Below, one piece after another: positions 10,111-20,754 of a DNA stretch of 64,000 bases. Under the pieces are notes generated by a model, which was not told the origin of the DNA, made no database searches, and saw only the letters and a program-made list of their open reading frames with translations. How positions within the stretch are numbered: the stretch's first letter is position 1; each line of letters begins with the position of its first letter. Origin of the DNA: Candidatus Poribacteria bacterium (lineage in GTDB: Bacteria > Poribacteria > WGA-4E > JAJDTR01); assembly GCA_965222225.1 (NCBI GenBank), contig CBDCTK010000002.1, positions 1,728,001-1,792,000 of the forward strand, read 5' to 3'. The translations under genes and the position numbers were made by a program.

Positions 10111-13100
10111 ATGCATATTCATCCTAAAGCACCTCATAAGCTGTACGCTATGTTTAGTTCTATCCTGCGTGTCTATTGTTGCCTTCTTTTCGCCGCTATG
10201 CTCATCCTTGCATCCCAGGCGCAGGCTAACAACATCGGCACATTGTCGTCTGATTCCCCCGAGATAACTGTTCCGACGATCTCGGAATCTCTAGACGTAG
10301 AGTCCTTTATTACCTCTGAACAGCGATTTAACTTCAATAATATCTACACGATCAATCTAGAACTGTCGCTCGTTGGAAGCGTAGAGGTGAACGCAGTCGA
10401 TGGTGACGAAATCATCGTCAGACTTGAGAAACATGGACGTGGGGCAGACGAGGACAGCGTGAGGAAATATTTTGGAGGCGTAGAAATGTCGGCCTCAAAG
10501 ACGGATAATGTGCTCACGCTTGCGCCGAGACTACCTGCGGCTTCCGACTCAAAAGCGGAGCTGACGCGATTAGACTGCTTTGTCGAAACACCGCCAGATG
10601 TCTCCCTCAAAATTCGAACACAGAACGGAGATATTCGGGTCAACCGAATTCGTGGAGATATTGAACTAAAAGCAGCAATCGGAGAGATTCACCTCAATGA
10701 AACGATGGGTGGATATCAAGTTTATTCCGGTGAAGGAGACATTCACTGTAAAATATTTCTGACCAATCGAATAAACCAGTTTGAAACCGCGTTAGGAGAA
10801 ATCAATCTTGTCGTATTGGACGAGATCGCCGCGCAAACCAATCTGACCGCGATGAGCGGCGGGATTACGCTACGACTACCCAACTCGTTTCAAGCAGAAG
10901 TAGAAATCCAAACCAAGAACCAAGATCCGCGTGCAGTGTCCATAGATATGCCCGTTGAAGTCGAGAGTTCATTCCAAGGGGACTCACTGTACGGTTGGAT
11001 TAATGGAGGTGGTCCCCTTTTCCAGTTGAAGGCAGACGACAAAGTCGAAATTCTCCCCCTTGAAGCTACATCTGCCGACGCTGAAACCTCGATTGAGTCT
11101 GCAAATTCTCAGAGCGAAGTAGACAGCGCACAACCGGTGCCGAAAGCGCTGCAATCGCCAGTAATTGATGGCAATCTGTTTGAAAAAGCTTGGTCAAAGG
11201 CGGTGGGGTTGTACCCTTTTTATAATGCAGATGGGGCAGCAGAACCTGACGAGCCTACACAGGCATTCCTTATGTGGGATGAACAGCACCTGTACATCGG
11301 AATCAAGGTTTATAGTGATGAAATGGGACAACTCCATATCTCACAGACGGAGATAGATTCGGCAGTGTGGCAGGACGATTCGATAGAGATTTTGGTCGAT
11401 CCTAATCCGGAAACCAAGTTGTACTATCACCTAATCGTCAATCCAATCGGCACTATATTTAGCCAGATGGTCCGGGCGGACTATCCGCCGAATTATCGGT
11501 TCGCACCGACGGTTACTAAACACGTTGATAATCGTAAACGCAAATCAGAAGCACAGATTGCGCGAACTTCACAAGCTAAGCCGAACCAAAATCGGAAAGG
11601 CGGTACTTCTAATCCGGATGCTGCGCAAGTCGAGATTGAAACCCAAATCACATCTCGGTACTGGAGCATTGAAATTGCTTTAATGCGCGATTTCTTGGAA
11701 CCCGAATTAACGGATAATTGGCGATTAAACCTGCACCGCAAGGCTCAGAAAAACCGCGAATTCAGTTATTGGATTCCGACCTATGACACAGAGACGCCGT
11801 GGTGGCCTCATTACAGGGATCGGATGGGGCGGCTTCAATTTACCGCGGTCAGTGAAGAATCAGCGCTGATTGGAATCGAGGAACAACTAGAGATAGGTGA
11901 AATCGAGATTAAAGGCAACAGCGAAATTCCGACACTAGAAATCGTTCAGCAAATCCCGTTTCAAATTGGGGAAGTTATCACTTCTAGCCAATTGTCGTGG
12001 CTCGTTGGTGAACTTGAGGAACACCCATGGCTTCGGAAGGCACGATTAGACACCGTACCGCTTGGCGCGCACAACGGTGAGTCGGACGTAAATCCTCCCA
12101 AGACGGATGCTGACGCTTCGACGGAACTGACCCAGCCTGAGCCTAAAGTTGATGCAATGACGAACGGGCATAATATAGTGCCCCCACTTCGGCTTGCCCT
12201 GCGCATTCATATCACAGAATATCCATCGCACTCACATGAAAAATTCGACATCAAGGGAAACGAGCATTTCAAATCAGAAATGCTGCATAAGTGGTTCGGA
12301 TTAAACCGTGGGCGCACCCCCATTGAGGACCTAAACACGAAATCTCAACTTATTACGAAACTTTACAGGAATCACGGTTACGAACTTGCAAGAACAGAAG
12401 AGAAGTTTTCCCCACGCAGACTGGAACTTATCATTGACGAGGGGCGCTTGGACGAAGTCCGTTTTACCGGAAACAAACGGATTAAGTACCACGAATTGAC
12501 CCAAATGTTAAGATTGCAAGCGGGTGATATCTATGATGTATTGAAAACCCAGACGCAAATTCGCCTCATGCGTGAAAAACTCGTGAAACACAATGCAATC
12601 TTCAAGGACGTTCGGGATTGGCAGGCGCGGCTAGAAAAAGGAAAAAATGTGTTAATCATTAATGTGGAAGAACATTTGCCCATTCGATATTATGCCGTGC
12701 CGCGTGTAGGCTTCAATCGTGTGCACGGATTATTCTTGGAGGGTAGTGGCGAAGTTTCCACAGAGACATATGTTAAGGGACGAATCTTCGGCAGTGCAAG
12801 CATCGGGCTTTCCAGTTCAATCAAGAATTATCAACTCGGTGCAGAAAAACCGTGGTTTGATACCCGTGAATTGCGCATCGGGGGAACTTGGTACAAACTG
12901 ACCGGCGTTGTTCATAACGCATCAACATACTTAGGTGAAGGATCCTTATCATCAATTATCTTAGGGGAATCGTTTCTTGACTTCTATCAACGCCAAGGTT
13001 ATCAAACGTGGTTGACCCAGAAATTGACGACTTCCACAGAGATTGTACTCAGTTTTACCGATGAACTGCACGAAAATCTCCTGACATCAACAGACTGGAG

Positions 13101-13797
13101 CCTGTTTTCGCGAGATCATCCAAAGCGGGGCAATGCCCGCATTGTCGAGGGAACAGCGCGTAGCTTGAAGTTCTCCTATTATTTCGATAGCAGAGATTAC
13201 AAGTTCTACATCAAGCGACCTTTTAGGTTAATTCCTTGGCCCAGTGAGCACACGACACAGGGATGGCGAAGTTCCTTTTCTGTCGAGTATTCAAGCCACC
13301 GATTCAATAGTGACTTCGATTTTACCTTGTACCGATTTGAGGTGGCAAGATACAACCGTTTGCCTAATGGTCATAACCTTGATTTTCGAGTTATGGGCGG
13401 ACTGTCAGACTCCCCGTTACCTAGACAACGGTTGCTTTATGCGGATCGCACTCACATATTGCGTGGTTTTGGCTTCAATAGATTCATTGGCGATAACATG
13501 CTCGCCTTGAATGTTGAATACAGAGTTGTCCAGAAACTCAAGAAACTTGAGCACATCGGCAAGGGCGAAGCAGTAAACGGAGCAGTTTCAATATTCCTTG
13601 ATGCTGGCGACGCCTGGTTCGATCACGAACGATTTAGCCTCTCGCGTGCAAATGCCTCAATCGGAATGGGTTTTTCTCTTTTCACAAATGCGATACCGTA
13701 TGAGGGTGTTCCTGACACCTTACGCTTCGAGATTGTCCGCGCGTTAGAGAGACGGCACGTTACCAATTTCGTCTTGCGGCTCGGGCGGAATTTCTAA
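10111..13797 (+). CDS. Omp85/BamA-TamA family outer-membrane protein with N-terminal DUF4097 and CBM9/DOMON-like domains and three POTRA repeats
   Basis: Signal peptide (ASQAQA); DUF4097-like beta repeats; PVIDG..W...WDEQHLY...DDSIEILVDP (CBM9-like); IEIKGN / FDIKGN / VRFTGN POTRA starts; LRGF loop-6 motif, FLDAG, terminal Phe. Confidence 0.78.
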   Translation: MHIHPKAPHKLYAMFSSILRVYCCLLFAAMLILASQAQANNIGTLSSDSPEITVPTISESLDVESFITSEQRFNFNNIYTINLELSLVGSVEVNAVDGDEIIVRLEKHGRGADEDSVRKYFGGVEMSASKTDNVLTLAPRLPAASDSKAELTRLDCFVETPPDVSLKIRTQNGDIRVNRIRGDIELKAAIGEIHLNETMGGYQVYSGEGDIHCKIFLTNRINQFETALGEINLVVLDEIAAQTNLTAMSGGITLRLPNSFQAEVEIQTKNQDPRAVSIDMPVEVESSFQGDSLYGWINGGGPLFQLKADDKVEILPLEATSADAETSIESANSQSEVDSAQPVPKALQSPVIDGNLFEKAWSKAVGLYPFYNADGAAEPDEPTQAFLMWDEQHLYIGIKVYSDEMGQLHISQTEIDSAVWQDDSIEILVDPNPETKLYYHLIVNPIGTIFSQMVRADYPPNYRFAPTVTKHVDNRKRKSEAQIARTSQAKPNQNRKGGTSNPDAAQVEIETQITSRYWSIEIALMRDFLEPELTDNWRLNLHRKAQKNREFSYWIPTYDTETPWWPHYRDRMGRLQFTAVSEESALIGIEEQLEIGEIEIKGNSEIPTLEIVQQIPFQIGEVITSSQLSWLVGELEEHPWLRKARLDTVPLGAHNGESDVNPPKTDADASTELTQPEPKVDAMTNGHNIVPPLRLALRIHITEYPSHSHEKFDIKGNEHFKSEMLHKWFGLNRGRTPIEDLNTKSQLITKLYRNHGYELARTEEKFSPRRLELIIDEGRLDEVRFTGNKRIKYHELTQMLRLQAGDIYDVLKTQTQIRLMREKLVKHNAIFKDVRDWQARLEKGKNVLIINVEEHLPIRYYAVPRVGFNRVHGLFLEGSGEVSTETYVKGRIFGSASIGLSSSIKNYQLGAEKPWFDTRELRIGGTWYKLTGVVHNASTYLGEGSLSSIILGESFLDFYQRQGYQTWLTQKLTTSTEIVLSFTDELHENLLTSTDWSLFSRDHPKRGNARIVEGTARSLKFSYYFDSRDYKFYIKRPFRLIPWPSEHTTQGWRSSFSVEYSSHRFNSDFDFTLYRFEVARYNRLPNGHNLDFRVMGGLSDSPLPRQRLLYADRTHILRGFGFNRFIGDNMLALNVEYRVVQKLKKLEHIGKGEAVNGAVSIFLDAGDAWFDHERFSLSRANASIGMGFSLFTNAIPYEGVPDTLRFEIVRALERRHVTNFVLRLGRNF

Positions 13798-14063
13798 GTA
13801 ACCTTAGGACTGATTCCATCTCATGAACTCACCGACAATAAGGGCGTATCTGCGAGATTCCAAAGCCCCACCCATCATATTTGTCAACACCCAACGACAG
13901 CCCAACCGTTACATTACCATTACAGTAGTGCCCATTTCAATCCGACGACTGTTTTTCGATACAAACTCTCGCATTGCATATAGTCGTGAGTGCCAAACCC
14001 GGCTCGGTACGGTGAAGGTAGGATGTATTCTTCTGCCATTGAATAGCTAGATTTCAGATACTT

Positions 14064-14092
14064 TTGACTTCCTACTTGCCGTGCGCTATAAT
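14064..14092 (+). promoter_or_regulatory. Sigma70 promoter for ygfZ-ogt-fur
   Basis: TTGACT-17 bp-TATAAT. Confidence 0.6.
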
Positions 14093-14162
14093 TAACATTT
14101 GTAGAGTAATCAAGCAATATGTAGATTTCGAAACCGCGATAACTCCCTTTTCAGTCTAGCAG

Positions 14163-15254
14163 ATGAAACGAACACCTCTCTATAAGATGCATACTGCCCT
14201 TGGAGCGACATTTACTACAAGCCATGGCGATTGGGATCTTGTCGCCCATTTTGATAACCCCATTGAAGAACACCACGCCGTGAGAACCGGGGTTGGAATC
14301 ATAGATCTTTCCCATCGCGGCAGATTTTGGTTGACGGGCGAAGATCGTGCTACGTTCCTGCATCGAATTAATTCCAATGAAGTCGAAGGGCTAAAGGTCG
14401 GCGAGGGGAATTGCGCAACTATGCTGACCAATCGCGGGAAAATCATCTCAGATATGAAGGTGTGTGCGTTCGAGGACGGCATTGGTATTACCACCAACGC
14501 CGAGACAACTGAAATCCTATTCAAAGAATTGGACAAATATATCATCGCGGACGATGTAAACCTCGAAGATTGCACGGACAGGACAGGAGTAATCGCCTTA
14601 CATGGTCCCCAGTCAATACACCTCGTTCAAACTAGCCTGGGAATTGACGTTACCGGACTTAAGGAATACCACTCTATCTGTCAAGAGGTGGAGGGGAGAT
14701 TGATCGCTTGCCTCCGGTCGGACGAAACCGGTGAGATTGGTTATGAACTCTACGTCACGGCTGAGTCGATGGGATGGCTTTGGGATACTCTTCTGGCAAA
14801 AGGACGAGAAATTGATGCAAAACTGATCGGATTGACGGCGCTTAACTCTCTTCGCATAGAGGCTGGAATTCCCCGGTATGGCACTGAATTAACCGACTCG
14901 GTCATCCCACTTGAAGCTGAGTTAGAACACGCTATTGATTTTGAGAAAGGTTGCTATATTGGTCAGGAGATTGTCGCACGTATGAAATTCCGCGGACACC
15001 CGAATCGACTTCTCCGAGGATTTGAAATTGAATGCGATACGCCGCCCGTACAAAATGACGTAATCTTCGGTAACGACAAGGAAATCGGTTGGATTACCAG
15101 TGCGGTCACCTCGCCATCGCTAGGCAAAACAATTGCTCTCGGCTATGTGCGGATGGCTTATACCGATGCTGGCAGTAAAGTCAAGATTATAACAGGAGAC
15201 GGGCCCGTCAACGCAATGGTAACAGTGCTTCCGTTCTACAAGGGCGGGATGTGA
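14163..15254 (+). CDS. ygfZ: Folate-binding aminomethyltransferase family protein (GcvT fold, YgfZ signature)
   Basis: RTPLY, DLSHRG, LRIEAGIP, KGCYIGQE (YgfZ motif). Confidence 0.75.
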   Translation: MKRTPLYKMHTALGATFTTSHGDWDLVAHFDNPIEEHHAVRTGVGIIDLSHRGRFWLTGEDRATFLHRINSNEVEGLKVGEGNCATMLTNRGKIISDMKVCAFEDGIGITTNAETTEILFKELDKYIIADDVNLEDCTDRTGVIALHGPQSIHLVQTSLGIDVTGLKEYHSICQEVEGRLIACLRSDETGEIGYELYVTAESMGWLWDTLLAKGREIDAKLIGLTALNSLRIEAGIPRYGTELTDSVIPLEAELEHAIDFEKGCYIGQEIVARMKFRGHPNRLLRGFEIECDTPPVQNDVIFGNDKEIGWITSAVTSPSLGKTIALGYVRMAYTDAGSKVKIITGDGPVNAMVTVLPFYKGGM

Positions 15255-15838
15255 CCATTTGGAGTGTCGTTGTGAGTATTGATGCTGCCTCAATAGCCAT
15301 TGTAGGATTGAGCGATGACTCGGAGGCCCAAATGATTATGAACTATACCTGTTTCGAGTCTTCATTCGGCTGGGCGGGTGTTGCCAAATCCTCGCGCGGT
15401 ATCTCGCGAGTGGTTTTTGGCAAATCGAATGAGGCAGAAGTGGAAAATTGCCTGCTCCTCGGCATACGAGTGACGAAGTCTGAAGACGGCTTATCCGAAG
15501 CGGTTAATCTGCTCCGGCACTATTTCAGTGGCGAACCTGTTGAGTTTGACCTAGATCTTGATCTTCAGGCTGGAACGGAATTTCAGCAGAAGGTCTGGAA
15601 AGCCACCTACCATATCCCGTATGGTGAAGTTCGGAGTTACAGCTCAATAGCCAGCGAAATTGGGAAACCACTTGCTACGCGTGCGGTCGGTAGAGCAGAA
15701 GGCGCCAATCCCTTGCCGATTATAATTCCATGTCACCGTGTTCTCCGCAGTGATGGCAAACTCGGTGGTTATTCGGCTGGATTGCACTGGAAACCGAAAT
15801 TACTTGACCAAGAGCGCACAAACAGCCGAAGAAAATAA
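15251..15838 (+). CDS. ogt: Methylated-DNA-protein-cysteine S-methyltransferase
   Basis: GTEFQQKVW, IPYGEVRSY, RAVG, IIPCHRV, LGGY. The true start may be ATG 15332. Confidence 0.9.
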   Translation: MTIWSVVVSIDAASIAIVGLSDDSEAQMIMNYTCFESSFGWAGVAKSSRGISRVVFGKSNEAEVENCLLLGIRVTKSEDGLSEAVNLLRHYFSGEPVEFDLDLDLQAGTEFQQKVWKATYHIPYGEVRSYSSIASEIGKPLATRAVGRAEGANPLPIIIPCHRVLRSDGKLGGYSAGLHWKPKLLDQERTNSRRK

Positions 15839-15929
15839 TTGCAAGCTACCGGGAATGAACGAAGCGTACTGAGGAGTATTTAGACGCTTAAATCATGCGC
15901 GCGATTAGCACGAAAAGGGTACCACCGCA

Positions 15930-16400
15930 ATGAGAACGAGAGAGAAAACACAAACTCATCCCAAATTCGTTGAACAGTTTCGACAATACCTCAAGAGCGG
16001 TGGTTTACGGCTTACATCGGAGCGGCTCGTTATTCTCGAACAGGTCTTTTCCTACGAAGGGCACTTTCAAGCGGAGGATTTGTTGGTTCACATTCGAGAG
16101 AAAGGGCACTCCGCTTCCAGAGCGACAATCTACCGTACTTTGCCCCATCTTGTCAAGAGCGGTCTCCTCACGGAGATTATTGATGCCCAGAAGAATTCAT
16201 ACTACGAACACGTCCATGCACTCCAAGAACAGCAGCACGCGCACCTTATCTGTCTTCGGTGCAACAATATTATTGAGTTCACGAATCCTGAAATTGATAA
16301 GCTGCAGAAAACCATTTGTGACCTTCACCAATTCAAGCCTATTAAGTTTCGAAATGAAATTCTCGGCTACTGTGGGGAATGTCAAGCCGAGGGTAAGTGA
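15930..16400 (+). CDS. fur: Fur-family transcriptional regulator
   Basis: LRLTSER, HFQAEDL, SRATIYRTL, HAHLICLRC, GYCGEC. Confidence 0.88.
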   Translation: MRTREKTQTHPKFVEQFRQYLKSGGLRLTSERLVILEQVFSYEGHFQAEDLLVHIREKGHSASRATIYRTLPHLVKSGLLTEIIDAQKNSYYEHVHALQEQQHAHLICLRCNNIIEFTNPEIDKLQKTICDLHQFKPIKFRNEILGYCGECQAEGK

Positions 16401-16506
16401 TAGCTACAGCCGAGTAAGCGTGCAGGATTGCCTGTCAACTTCAGGCATGCGAATGTTAACCTTCGTCAACCCACGCCCAGAGAACGATTCGTCCTTCCGG
16501 CTGAAA

Positions 16507-17676
16507 TTAGGGACGATAAGCAGCTTCAAGCGCGAGTATCGCATACGAGGTTACAAGGACCGGAAAACTCTCCATCCACCGGCTTGACTCATTCACCCAA
16601 AATCCCTCTGAGTTCTGTTCAGAAAGAAGCTTCTCACCAAGTTCCCTGTACCAGTCATGAGACATACCTTTGCCATCCACAATGACAGGTTCGCCGTAAG
16701 CACTTAACGCCTTTGCCATAGTATTGTAATTGTAGTAAAGCCCTTCTTGCCCCATCCCGTAATTCTCTTCGACGGTAAAGTGCTTCTTTATCCAATCGAC
16801 TGCAGCTTGTATTCGTGAATCGTCCTTATCAACATTAGCATAGATGAAGCTCAAGAGGCCCGCGTACGTCATGCTCGCATAAGACCTTGGTTTGTCGCTT
16901 TCATCCCTGCCCGCTTTACTTTCGCCATCCGGAGCGTAGATGAAACCTCCGTCATTACCAGCCCAACTCTCGCTGTTGGTTTCACTACTATTTTGGCATC
17001 TTTGTAAAAATTTAATGGCTTTGTCCCATACTTGCTGATCGTCAGATCCGCTTTCTTTCAGCGCTTGGACTGCAAAATTCAGATTTGAGAGATCGTGAAC
17101 AGTTTCGCGACTACCATAGCCAATTCCACCATAGTAAACGTCCTCCGAATCTTGGACTTGCAGACTTTTGATGAAATTTTGTGCTTTTGCAATTGCCAGC
17201 CTGTAATCAGGATTGCCCGTGGATGACAGTGCCATCAGTGAAACCGACGTGTTGTAGTTTGGCAGGGCTGGCTGCTGCTCCGCGTTATAGATTGCCCCGT
17301 TTGGTTGTTGAAACTCCAGCAAGGCTTGGAGCGCCTTCTGAACAAATGGGTGGTTGGCTTCCGCATACCGATTCTCCGGGTGTCTTAAAAACGCGGTAAT
17401 TGCCAACCCGGTCATTCCAGTGTGTTGATTAAAGAGGCCATCATTTCCTTGTTTGGATTTCAACCATTCAAGTCCGCGATCGATTGCCTTTAATACATCC
17501 TGATTCAAGCCTTCATAGGAAACATCGGTATCCGACAGTGTCTGATTACTTGATGACTGTGCCTCGCTGTGAGAGAGAGCATATAGATTTAAAACTAGCG
17601 CGAGAAAAACAAATGCCAGAGTTTCACACGCGCGGGTAAGCCAAATTCTTCTTATCATTGTTTGCGAACCTCCCAA
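16507..17676 (-). CDS. Exported prenyltransferase/squalene-oxidase repeat (alpha/alpha toroid) protein
   Basis: Signal peptide; QW-like repeats (WLKSKQGNDG, FQQPNGA, LQRCQN, EQNSEGFW); DLSN, YASMTYAGL. Confidence 0.75.
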   Translation of the reverse strand: MGGSQTMIRRIWLTRACETLAFVFLALVLNLYALSHSEAQSSSNQTLSDTDVSYEGLNQDVLKAIDRGLEWLKSKQGNDGLFNQHTGMTGLAITAFLRHPENRYAEANHPFVQKALQALLEFQQPNGAIYNAEQQPALPNYNTSVSLMALSSTGNPDYRLAIAKAQNFIKSLQVQDSEDVYYGGIGYGSRETVHDLSNLNFAVQALKESGSDDQQVWDKAIKFLQRCQNSSETNSESWAGNDGGFIYAPDGESKAGRDESDKPRSYASMTYAGLLSFIYANVDKDDSRIQAAVDWIKKHFTVEENYGMGQEGLYYNYNTMAKALSAYGEPVIVDGKGMSHDWYRELGEKLLSEQNSEGFWVNESSRWMESFPVLVTSYAILALEAAYRP

Positions 17677-17895
17677 GTTTTGGAGCGTAGTTGATTAAGT
17701 TGGTGCGACATAGCTTAGAAATTATGCCTCAGATATACAGTTTTGTAATTAGCAAATTCCGTGCCAGCAGCGGAAGTACCGTATCCATTCGTCGAAGGCA
17801 CGGCATCATCACGAATCTTGACCAACTAATGTACATCGCTGTTCATAAGCTGAACAAAAAACTTCAATTCCAACATTGTATGGGTTTCGATGTTC

Positions 17896-20442
17896 TCACT
17901 CTACAAACAGAGGTATTCGTTTGGACATTAGCAAATAAGGGCTATTCTCGGTGACTTCAAGCGCATGCTTGATTGCCGTCTTCCCTTCTAAAGTCTTGGA
18001 ATTGTACACTTCAAAGAAGTCGTTGTAAAAATGGTCCGGATGTACATCAAGTCGAACTTCCAGAGATCTTGCATCATTGGTAAAGGATGCTTTGTATGTG
18101 TATACCCATGTTCCACCTGCCGGGATACGCGTGTCAAACACCTCTTTATCCAATGATAATGGTACTCGTCGTTGAATCACTCGAATTGCCTCGGTCTTCG
18201 GAATTAGAGTTTCTGCCTCATCGAGTAATCGCACAGTGACAAAAATCGCCGGGGTCAGATAAGTAGGTAAATGGTGCCCCGCCCCCTGATTCGTTAGACG
18301 AATTTCTGCCTCTATAGACTCTTGATAGTTCCTGATTTCTATATCCAACTTTAGCGCATTTTTCACACTCTCGGGATCATGAATCCCACGCCATTGGTGG
18401 CGGCGGTTCGGCATATGACACGATTGACACGTTTTTCCTTCCTTCGCATGCGGACTTTCAAGCCATTCATTGTACGTATTTTCCAGTAGTTTGCCGTTTA
18501 GAGAGAATCCGTTTTCCTCGAACTGATGGCACGGCTTACAAAACGCAGAATCACTATAGGCAGAAGCGACTACCGCTCCACCGTGATGTCCTCCCGCGAA
18601 AACACTTGCGGCTGCCGCATGTTCCGGGAATGGCGGGCCGAAACGCTGATGTGAGCGCACGTGGCATGCCGCACAGACAATTCCGTGGGATTGAAGTTTT
18701 GCATCATATCCCCTATTCGGAATATATTCCCTGCCTCTACCGGTCAGTTCAGTTTGATTGCTGACTTCATCCTCACCAGGGGGAAGAAACTCCGCCTGCT
18801 CGGATAATGGGGCATGACATTTCTGGCACTTGAGGATGGTTGCCGGATTTTGCTCAACCAGTTGACCGTGTACCCCTGGCCCCGTGGCGATGGCATGCCT
18901 AGATGTTTTCCAATCCTCAAGCTGTTGTTGATGACAAATCCCACACGCCTCTGGGGTGAGTTGCGATACCACTTCGTTGTAATAGTCAGGTGCTTTTTGC
19001 TGTGCTGGGATAGGCAACTCCCAAAACTCCTGTAAGAACTGATTGGGATTGCCCAACGCTCCACCTTCAGACTTATGTAACAAGGCATCATGAATCTCAT
19101 TTCGGCGAAGCGCCAAGATTGCAACTGTCATCAATCTAACATCCGATTCCGGCATGTCAATCCCCGGAACTTCTATCTGGGTTCCCTGATGTGTTTGAAT
19201 CTGCCGGATGGAATCTTGGATATCGTTGTCTAGCAACCGATTCGTAATGTTTACTCCCATATATTTTCCAACGCCGTGACATTGCGCACAACCTTTACTA
19301 ATGTACAATTTGAAACCATCCGCTGCCTTTAAAGCATCAATCTCGATCAGTTGTTCCATGCTGGAGAGTTCCCCTTCCTCAAGTGTCGAGTTGGGAACAA
19401 CATCTCCCAGCAAATACTCTGTCAAATTCAAGACTTGTTGATTGGTAAAGTCATAACTAGGCATTTTTGTTTCCGGGTGAAGAGCCGCCGGATTTTTTAG
19501 ATATGACATCAGCCATGTCCGACTCACTTTTGTACTTACTTTGGCAAGTTCTGGACCAACGGTCTCTCCGACTCCCTGCAAGGCGTGGCAACTTTGACAT
19601 TCGTTCTCGACATAAAGACGTTTCCCGGCTTCAGCATCTCCCACCCCTTCGATTGGCTGAAGCTGTTCATCAAGTCGCAGACTACTAAGGAACTCAACAA
19701 TCGCCTCACGTTCCGAATCGGTCATCTCAACTCGCGGCATCTTCGATTCTGGCAGATACACTGTCGGATCGCCTAGCCACTGATTCAGCCATGCTCTTGA
19801 GGCCTTATTCCCTATATAATCCAAACGGGGGGCGTAACGTCGAACAGGAATTTCGACAGGAAGATGATGACAGGTCACGCAGCCGTATTTATTCAACACA
19901 TACCGACCGCCGGAAAGATAGGGTGCATCTAGAACAGCAGGTTCAACATGGCATTTGCCACATGCCGCTTCTATCTGTTGACCTTTCAAAAACGGCAATC
20001 CTTCTATCGAGGTGTGTGCTTCCTCTTTATCTGGAGCACTGCCGTTTCCACCATGGCAAAGCGTACAACCGAATGCTGCAGGGGCGTGGCGAGCTAGATG
20101 TTTGCCCGGGTGCGCGTCTTCGGCGGTCTGTTCTGTAAAATGACAATTAAGGCATTGTTCGACTTCCGGATTTATTCCCGCAGATGCAATAACCTGCGCC
20201 CACGCATTTGATTGTGGCAGCATGTTCTCAATAGCCTTGTCATCCGCGGGAAGAACGCGTACCGCTTGGACAAGCGGATGCACATCTTCTGGTGCAGATT
20301 GCGGTAGCATCTGTCCGTTCAAAGGCAGCACGGGACCGAATGCGACAAAACCTATGAATGTGAAAAAACTAAGGACGAAATATTGAAGTTTCACTAAAGG
20401 TGATGATGCGCTCAACAACACATAGATTCGTCTATTCAACAA
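17896..20442 (-). CDS. Large exported multihaem cytochrome c (11 CxxCH)
   Basis: CLNCH, CTLCH, CGKCH, CVTCH, CQSCH, CAQCH, CGICH, CQKCH, CAACH, CKPCH, CQSCH. Start placed at TTG 20442 after the upstream gene's stop; the ORF is open to 20535. Confidence 0.85.
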   Translation of the reverse strand: MLNRRIYVLLSASSPLVKLQYFVLSFFTFIGFVAFGPVLPLNGQMLPQSAPEDVHPLVQAVRVLPADDKAIENMLPQSNAWAQVIASAGINPEVEQCLNCHFTEQTAEDAHPGKHLARHAPAAFGCTLCHGGNGSAPDKEEAHTSIEGLPFLKGQQIEAACGKCHVEPAVLDAPYLSGGRYVLNKYGCVTCHHLPVEIPVRRYAPRLDYIGNKASRAWLNQWLGDPTVYLPESKMPRVEMTDSEREAIVEFLSSLRLDEQLQPIEGVGDAEAGKRLYVENECQSCHALQGVGETVGPELAKVSTKVSRTWLMSYLKNPAALHPETKMPSYDFTNQQVLNLTEYLLGDVVPNSTLEEGELSSMEQLIEIDALKAADGFKLYISKGCAQCHGVGKYMGVNITNRLLDNDIQDSIRQIQTHQGTQIEVPGIDMPESDVRLMTVAILALRRNEIHDALLHKSEGGALGNPNQFLQEFWELPIPAQQKAPDYYNEVVSQLTPEACGICHQQQLEDWKTSRHAIATGPGVHGQLVEQNPATILKCQKCHAPLSEQAEFLPPGEDEVSNQTELTGRGREYIPNRGYDAKLQSHGIVCAACHVRSHQRFGPPFPEHAAAASVFAGGHHGGAVVASAYSDSAFCKPCHQFEENGFSLNGKLLENTYNEWLESPHAKEGKTCQSCHMPNRRHQWRGIHDPESVKNALKLDIEIRNYQESIEAEIRLTNQGAGHHLPTYLTPAIFVTVRLLDEAETLIPKTEAIRVIQRRVPLSLDKEVFDTRIPAGGTWVYTYKASFTNDARSLEVRLDVHPDHFYNDFFEVYNSKTLEGKTAIKHALEVTENSPYLLMSKRIPLFVE

Positions 20443-20444
20443 TC

Positions 20445-20735
20445 CTACGAGTTCTTCGGATCGTCGGGAGAAGAACGGATAGAAAGGTTCGTTTTCGCTG
20501 GAATGTCCCAAGAAACGTGGCCGCACACCGGACACCGTAACTCAACTTCAACAAGGTTTCTCATCGCCCCCGTTTTAATTGGCTTCCGCTGTGTCTGACA
20601 TTGCGAACACCGTACATCACGGAATTCGTCGGCGTCGCTTTTTCCAAAGTATAGCAGAATGCGGAACAGCCCGTAAATCATGACCAGAATAATTACACAG
20701 AACAGAATAAAATAAAGAAACGGTAGGATTTCCAT
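20445..20735 (-). CDS. Small membrane protein with C-terminal zinc ribbon
   Basis: N-terminal TM; CSQC...CPVC; tightly packed between its neighbours. Confidence 0.55.
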   Translation of the reverse strand: MEILPFLYFILFCVIILVMIYGLFRILLYFGKSDADEFRDVRCSQCQTQRKPIKTGAMRNLVEVELRCPVCGHVSWDIPAKTNLSIRSSPDDPKNS

Positions 20736-20754
20736 CTATCGGGCGGTAAAGTTC

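Noticed and set aside
16507-17676. Squalene-hopene or oxidosqualene cyclase
   Set aside because: It has a single toroid domain and a signal peptide, and lacks the DXDD/DCTAE motif.
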